From positions 1-28,545 of the IMG/VR virus record IMGVR_UViG_3300032312_002677: a stretch of 28,545 nucleotides of DNA, one strand, 5' to 3'. The DNA is from a virus (lineage: Duplodnaviria; Caudoviricetes). Made by a program: the position numbers and the translations under genes. This document shows, piece by piece, positions 25,753-28,545 of the stretch. Each line of letters begins with the position of its first letter. Position 1 is the first letter of the stretch. The notes beneath the pieces are model-generated. The model did no database searches, was not told where the DNA came from, and worked only from the letters and a program-made list of their open reading frames with translations.

Positions 25753-26233
25753 AAAAGCACAACTACAAAAAGCCATCATAACAAACGATATGTCCTTAGT
25801 AAGGGAGTTTTACGAATATATTTTTAGCGAAAAAGCTCCTCAAACTTTAGTTCAATCTGAAAACCCAAAGCCGTCCTTTGATCTAGAAAAAGTCAACAAG
25901 GCTATTGAGATACTTAAATCAATAGCAATAGATGAAGACCTTTCAGTAGAGGAAACTATTACCGAAGACGTTCAAAAGCCCGCTTCTTCAGGAGGCATGC
26001 AGTTCATATCAAGCAAAGAGTTTGAACTTCCAGAAGACAGTATGCCTAACTACAGCGAGGCTATGAAGAAGATTTCCAAGAGAAAAAAGTCTTCTAGAGA
26101 ACCTTATCGTCCAAAAATGGTTGATTGCGGCTCTTGCGGAAGAACCTTCGACTTTAATAAAGAATATCCCGTTGGGCAACTAGAATCAGGCGCCAATGCA
26201 AAAGCAAAGTGTAACAACTGCCGCTCAAAATAA
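25742..26233 (+). CDS. Hypothetical protein with C-terminal zinc ribbon
   Basis: CGSC...CNNC. Confidence 0.7.
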   Translation: MTDKKAQLQKAIITNDMSLVREFYEYIFSEKAPQTLVQSENPKPSFDLEKVNKAIEILKSIAIDEDLSVEETITEDVQKPASSGGMQFISSKEFELPEDSMPNYSEAMKKISKRKKSSREPYRPKMVDCGSCGRTFDFNKEYPVGQLESGANAKAKCNNCRSK

Positions 26234-27659
26234 GTCTGATTTAGAATCAGAACTTTCAGTCATTAAATACGCTATGAACTCTGGATCTCCAGGGTTTTAT
26301 AGTTATCTAACCGACTTGGATCCTGAGTATTTCAGTGATGGCAATTATGGTCTTGTTTTTAAGACTATCCAAGCCATATATGAAAAAGAAACGGCCGATT
26401 CACTCAGTCCAGAGGCTGTAATTGCTGCCGCTAGAAATTCAGGTTTTTGGAATGATGTGAATAAAGAACTTTTCTCTGAGATAGTTCAAAGCTGCAAAGA
26501 CAGCGATGTTTCTATTTCAGAAGTGCAAATATCAGCAAAGCGCATCAAATATTGGCACATAATAAGGAAGCTGTCAAAGAAGATACGAGACGCGCACTCA
26601 ATAGTGGCTAGCGCAAAAGGCGACGAAGATGTCGTAGATCTAATCTCTTCCGTAGAAGAGTCTATCTTTAATTTTATTCCTGAAATCAAAAGAGAAAACG
26701 ATTTTACCAACATAAGTGAATTTGCCATAGAGCACTTAGACTATGTTGCAAAAAATCCAATCACTATGGTTGGAATACCAACAGGTTTTCCAAGATACGA
26801 TGAATGCATAGGAGGAGGTTTCAGAAGAGGAACCGTGAATGTTGTTGGCGCTAGACCTAAGGTTGGAAAAAGTACATTCTGCCTCAACATCGCTAAGAAT
26901 GTTTCTTACGCGAATATTCCTGTGTTGTACTTGGATACAGAGATGAAAAAAGAGACCCAATCTATTAAGTGGGCCTCTCTTTGCTCTGGAGTGCCTCAAA
27001 AAGATATCGAAACAGGAGCCTTTGGGTCAAATGAAAGACACGCCCTTATGCTTAAGGAGGCTGTGAAAGAATTTTCAACAAAGCCCTTTTATCACATAAG
27101 CGTGGCTGGAATGAAGCCTCAGGAGATATTCTCCGTTTGTAGAAGATGGCTATCTAGCGTTGTTGGAAAGAATAAAGATGGTTCGTCAAAGGACTGCCTC
27201 ATAGTTCTTGATTATCTCAAGACTATGGACTTGGCAGAGCTTGGAGATTTTCAAGAGTATCAATACCTAGGCGATTTCATAACAAAGCTTCATAATTTTG
27301 CTGTTAAGAACGATGTACCTGTTCTTGCAACTGTCCAGCTAAATAGAGACGGTATTAATAAGGAAGATACCAGCGTTGTGTCAGGAAGCGATAGAATTCT
27401 TTGGCTTTGCTCTAGTTTGGCTTATCTAAAGAAGAAAACCGACGAAGATATAGCCGCAGGTGACAGTAAGGCTAACGGCGATCGGAAAATGGTAGTCATA
27501 GAAACAAGATATGGAAAGGGTATGGATTCATCTTCTGAGTACATAAACATCATATCTAATATGGACCAGTCCAAGTTTACTGAAGGCAAATTTAACTTTG
27601 AAGTGCTAGATCAAAATAACGACAACGACGTGGAAGATGAAGATGAGTTTGACTTCTGA
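26196..27659 (+). CDS. dnaB: Replicative DnaB-like helicase
   Basis: GIPTGF..YD...GG, GARPKVGKS, DTEM, VLDYL, QLNR, TRYG, and an acidic tail. Confidence 0.95.
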   Translation: MQKQSVTTAAQNKSDLESELSVIKYAMNSGSPGFYSYLTDLDPEYFSDGNYGLVFKTIQAIYEKETADSLSPEAVIAAARNSGFWNDVNKELFSEIVQSCKDSDVSISEVQISAKRIKYWHIIRKLSKKIRDAHSIVASAKGDEDVVDLISSVEESIFNFIPEIKRENDFTNISEFAIEHLDYVAKNPITMVGIPTGFPRYDECIGGGFRRGTVNVVGARPKVGKSTFCLNIAKNVSYANIPVLYLDTEMKKETQSIKWASLCSGVPQKDIETGAFGSNERHALMLKEAVKEFSTKPFYHISVAGMKPQEIFSVCRRWLSSVVGKNKDGSSKDCLIVLDYLKTMDLAELGDFQEYQYLGDFITKLHNFAVKNDVPVLATVQLNRDGINKEDTSVVSGSDRILWLCSSLAYLKKKTDEDIAAGDSKANGDRKMVVIETRYGKGMDSSSEYINIISNMDQSKFTEGKFNFEVLDQNNDNDVEDEDEFDF

Positions 27660-28545
27660 AGACAAAAAGATCATTTGCTCTTTTGACGGCCTCATCTTAG
27701 AGAAGCTAGGGTTTTCCAACATAACTAACAAAGGAATTCAGCAGTCTTGTCCTATCCATGAAGGAGACAATCCTCTAGCCTTTTCTTACGACAGGGCTAA
27801 ATGCTGTTGGTCTTGCTTCACTCACGGTTGCCATAACAAACACGGAAACGACATACTAGGACTGATAAAAGCGGTCAAGAAATGCTCTTTCAAAGAAGCT
27901 GTAGATTGGGCGCGTTCTGTAATAGACGATCCACAAATTTCAGCCGGCTATGTTCCTTCAGAAAGAAATATCGAGAACAAGCAATCCAACGATCCAATAG
28001 ACGAAAAGAATTTAGATAAGCTCATACAAAACTTCTCATCTATAGAAGACAGGGGCTTTGAACGAAATACTTTAGAGCATTTTCAATGTGGTGTGACAGA
28101 TAAAAGTTCTAAGATGTATCACCACAGGCTGATGATACCTATACGAAACAAAGATGGACTTCTCATAGGTTTTACAGGCCGTAGCATTTATAAAAAATGC
28201 GAATCCAGTGGAGCTTACCATCCCGATTGGTTCAAATTAGATCCAAAGTTTGCAGGCCTTTTCAGCAAATGGAGACACTACCCAAAAGGCTTGAATAAAA
28301 GTGTTGAGCTTTACAATCTACATGAAGCATGCAATTATATCAAAAGAGTTGGTTTTGCCGTTGTAGTCGAAGGGCCTTTTGATCTATGGAGAATGTGGGA
28401 GTTTGGAGTGAAAAATTGCGTAGCTTCCTATGGTTGCTCAATTTCTGCAAAGCAAGTTGACACGCTAAAATCCATAACAAACTGCATCGCTATTTGTTTT
28501 GATTCAGACGAAGCTGGAGAAAATGGGTATTTAAAAGCTAAAAGC
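27637..28545 (+). CDS. dnaG: DnaG-type DNA primase, 3'-truncated (absent from the ORF track)
   Basis: Frame 1 is open from ATG27637/27643 to the window end. CHC2 zinc finger CPIH..DN...WSCFTHGC, RLMIPI...IGF.GR, TOPRIM VVEGPFD and FDSDEAG. Confidence 0.93.
   Translation, partial: MKMSLTSEDKKIICSFDGLILEKLGFSNITNKGIQQSCPIHEGDNPLAFSYDRAKCCWSCFTHGCHNKHGNDILGLIKAVKKCSFKEAVDWARSVIDDPQISAGYVPSERNIENKQSNDPIDEKNLDKLIQNFSSIEDRGFERNTLEHFQCGVTDKSSKMYHHRLMIPIRNKDGLLIGFTGRSIYKKCESSGAYHPDWFKLDPKFAGLFSKWRHYPKGLNKSVELYNLHEACNYIKRVGFAVVVEGPFDLWRMWEFGVKNCVASYGCSISAKQVDTLKSITNCIAICFDSDEAGENGYLKAKS

Noticed and set aside
23741-26870. Identical CCTAAGGTTGG in the recA and dnaB Walker A motifs (PKVGK)
   Set aside because: Only 11 bp within a constrained motif of homologous folds; no sign of a functional repeat.
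18753-28545. Inteins or introns in nrdJ, recA, dnaB or dnaG
   Set aside because: Motif spacing and lengths are normal, with no splice-junction motifs or frame breaks.
1-28545. CRISPR array, IS element, rRNA, or eukaryotic virus origin (Kozak-like CACCATG at 18753 and 21149)
   Set aside because: No spaced DNA repeats, transposase or long non-coding region. Operonic overlaps, SD sites, sigma factor and DnaB/DnaG indicate a bacteriophage.

Overview
Segment of a large tailed dsDNA bacteriophage genome in the standard genetic code. It is densely packed, mostly + strand, with many ATGA/TAATG/TTGA overlaps. The host cannot be determined from this window. From left to right: (1) a tail fibre/adhesin block (5'-truncated fibre, a 1095-aa LRR-repeat virion protein, small accessory ORFs). 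(2) A SAM methyltransferase, UvsE UV endonuclease, a CCA-less tRNA-Arg(TCT) directly followed by an ECF-type sigma factor, hypotheticals, a PD-(D/E)XK nuclease and a P-loop ATPase. (3) ThyX, a catalytically dead DeoC-like TIM barrel, and two probable structural proteins. (4) A glycosyltransferase/methyltransferase cluster interrupted by the only minus-strand unit, a three-gene Cys-containing cassette whose products share an N-terminal leader-like motif. (5) Class II RNR, dUTPase, hypotheticals, RecA/UvsX, a DUF559-like nuclease, a UvsY-like protein, DnaB and a 3'-truncated DnaG that the ORF track misses. Two recurring promoter-like motifs (GTGTATW and TATAATAG) often sit 5-9 nt before start codons, suggesting leaderless mRNAs. 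The most notable features are the reverse cassette with its 14-bp overlapping bidirectional promoter, the DeoC pseudoenzyme, the tRNA that hides the sigma factor RBS, and nested domain insertions in the LRR protein. All family calls come from motif recognition by eye; no searches were run.
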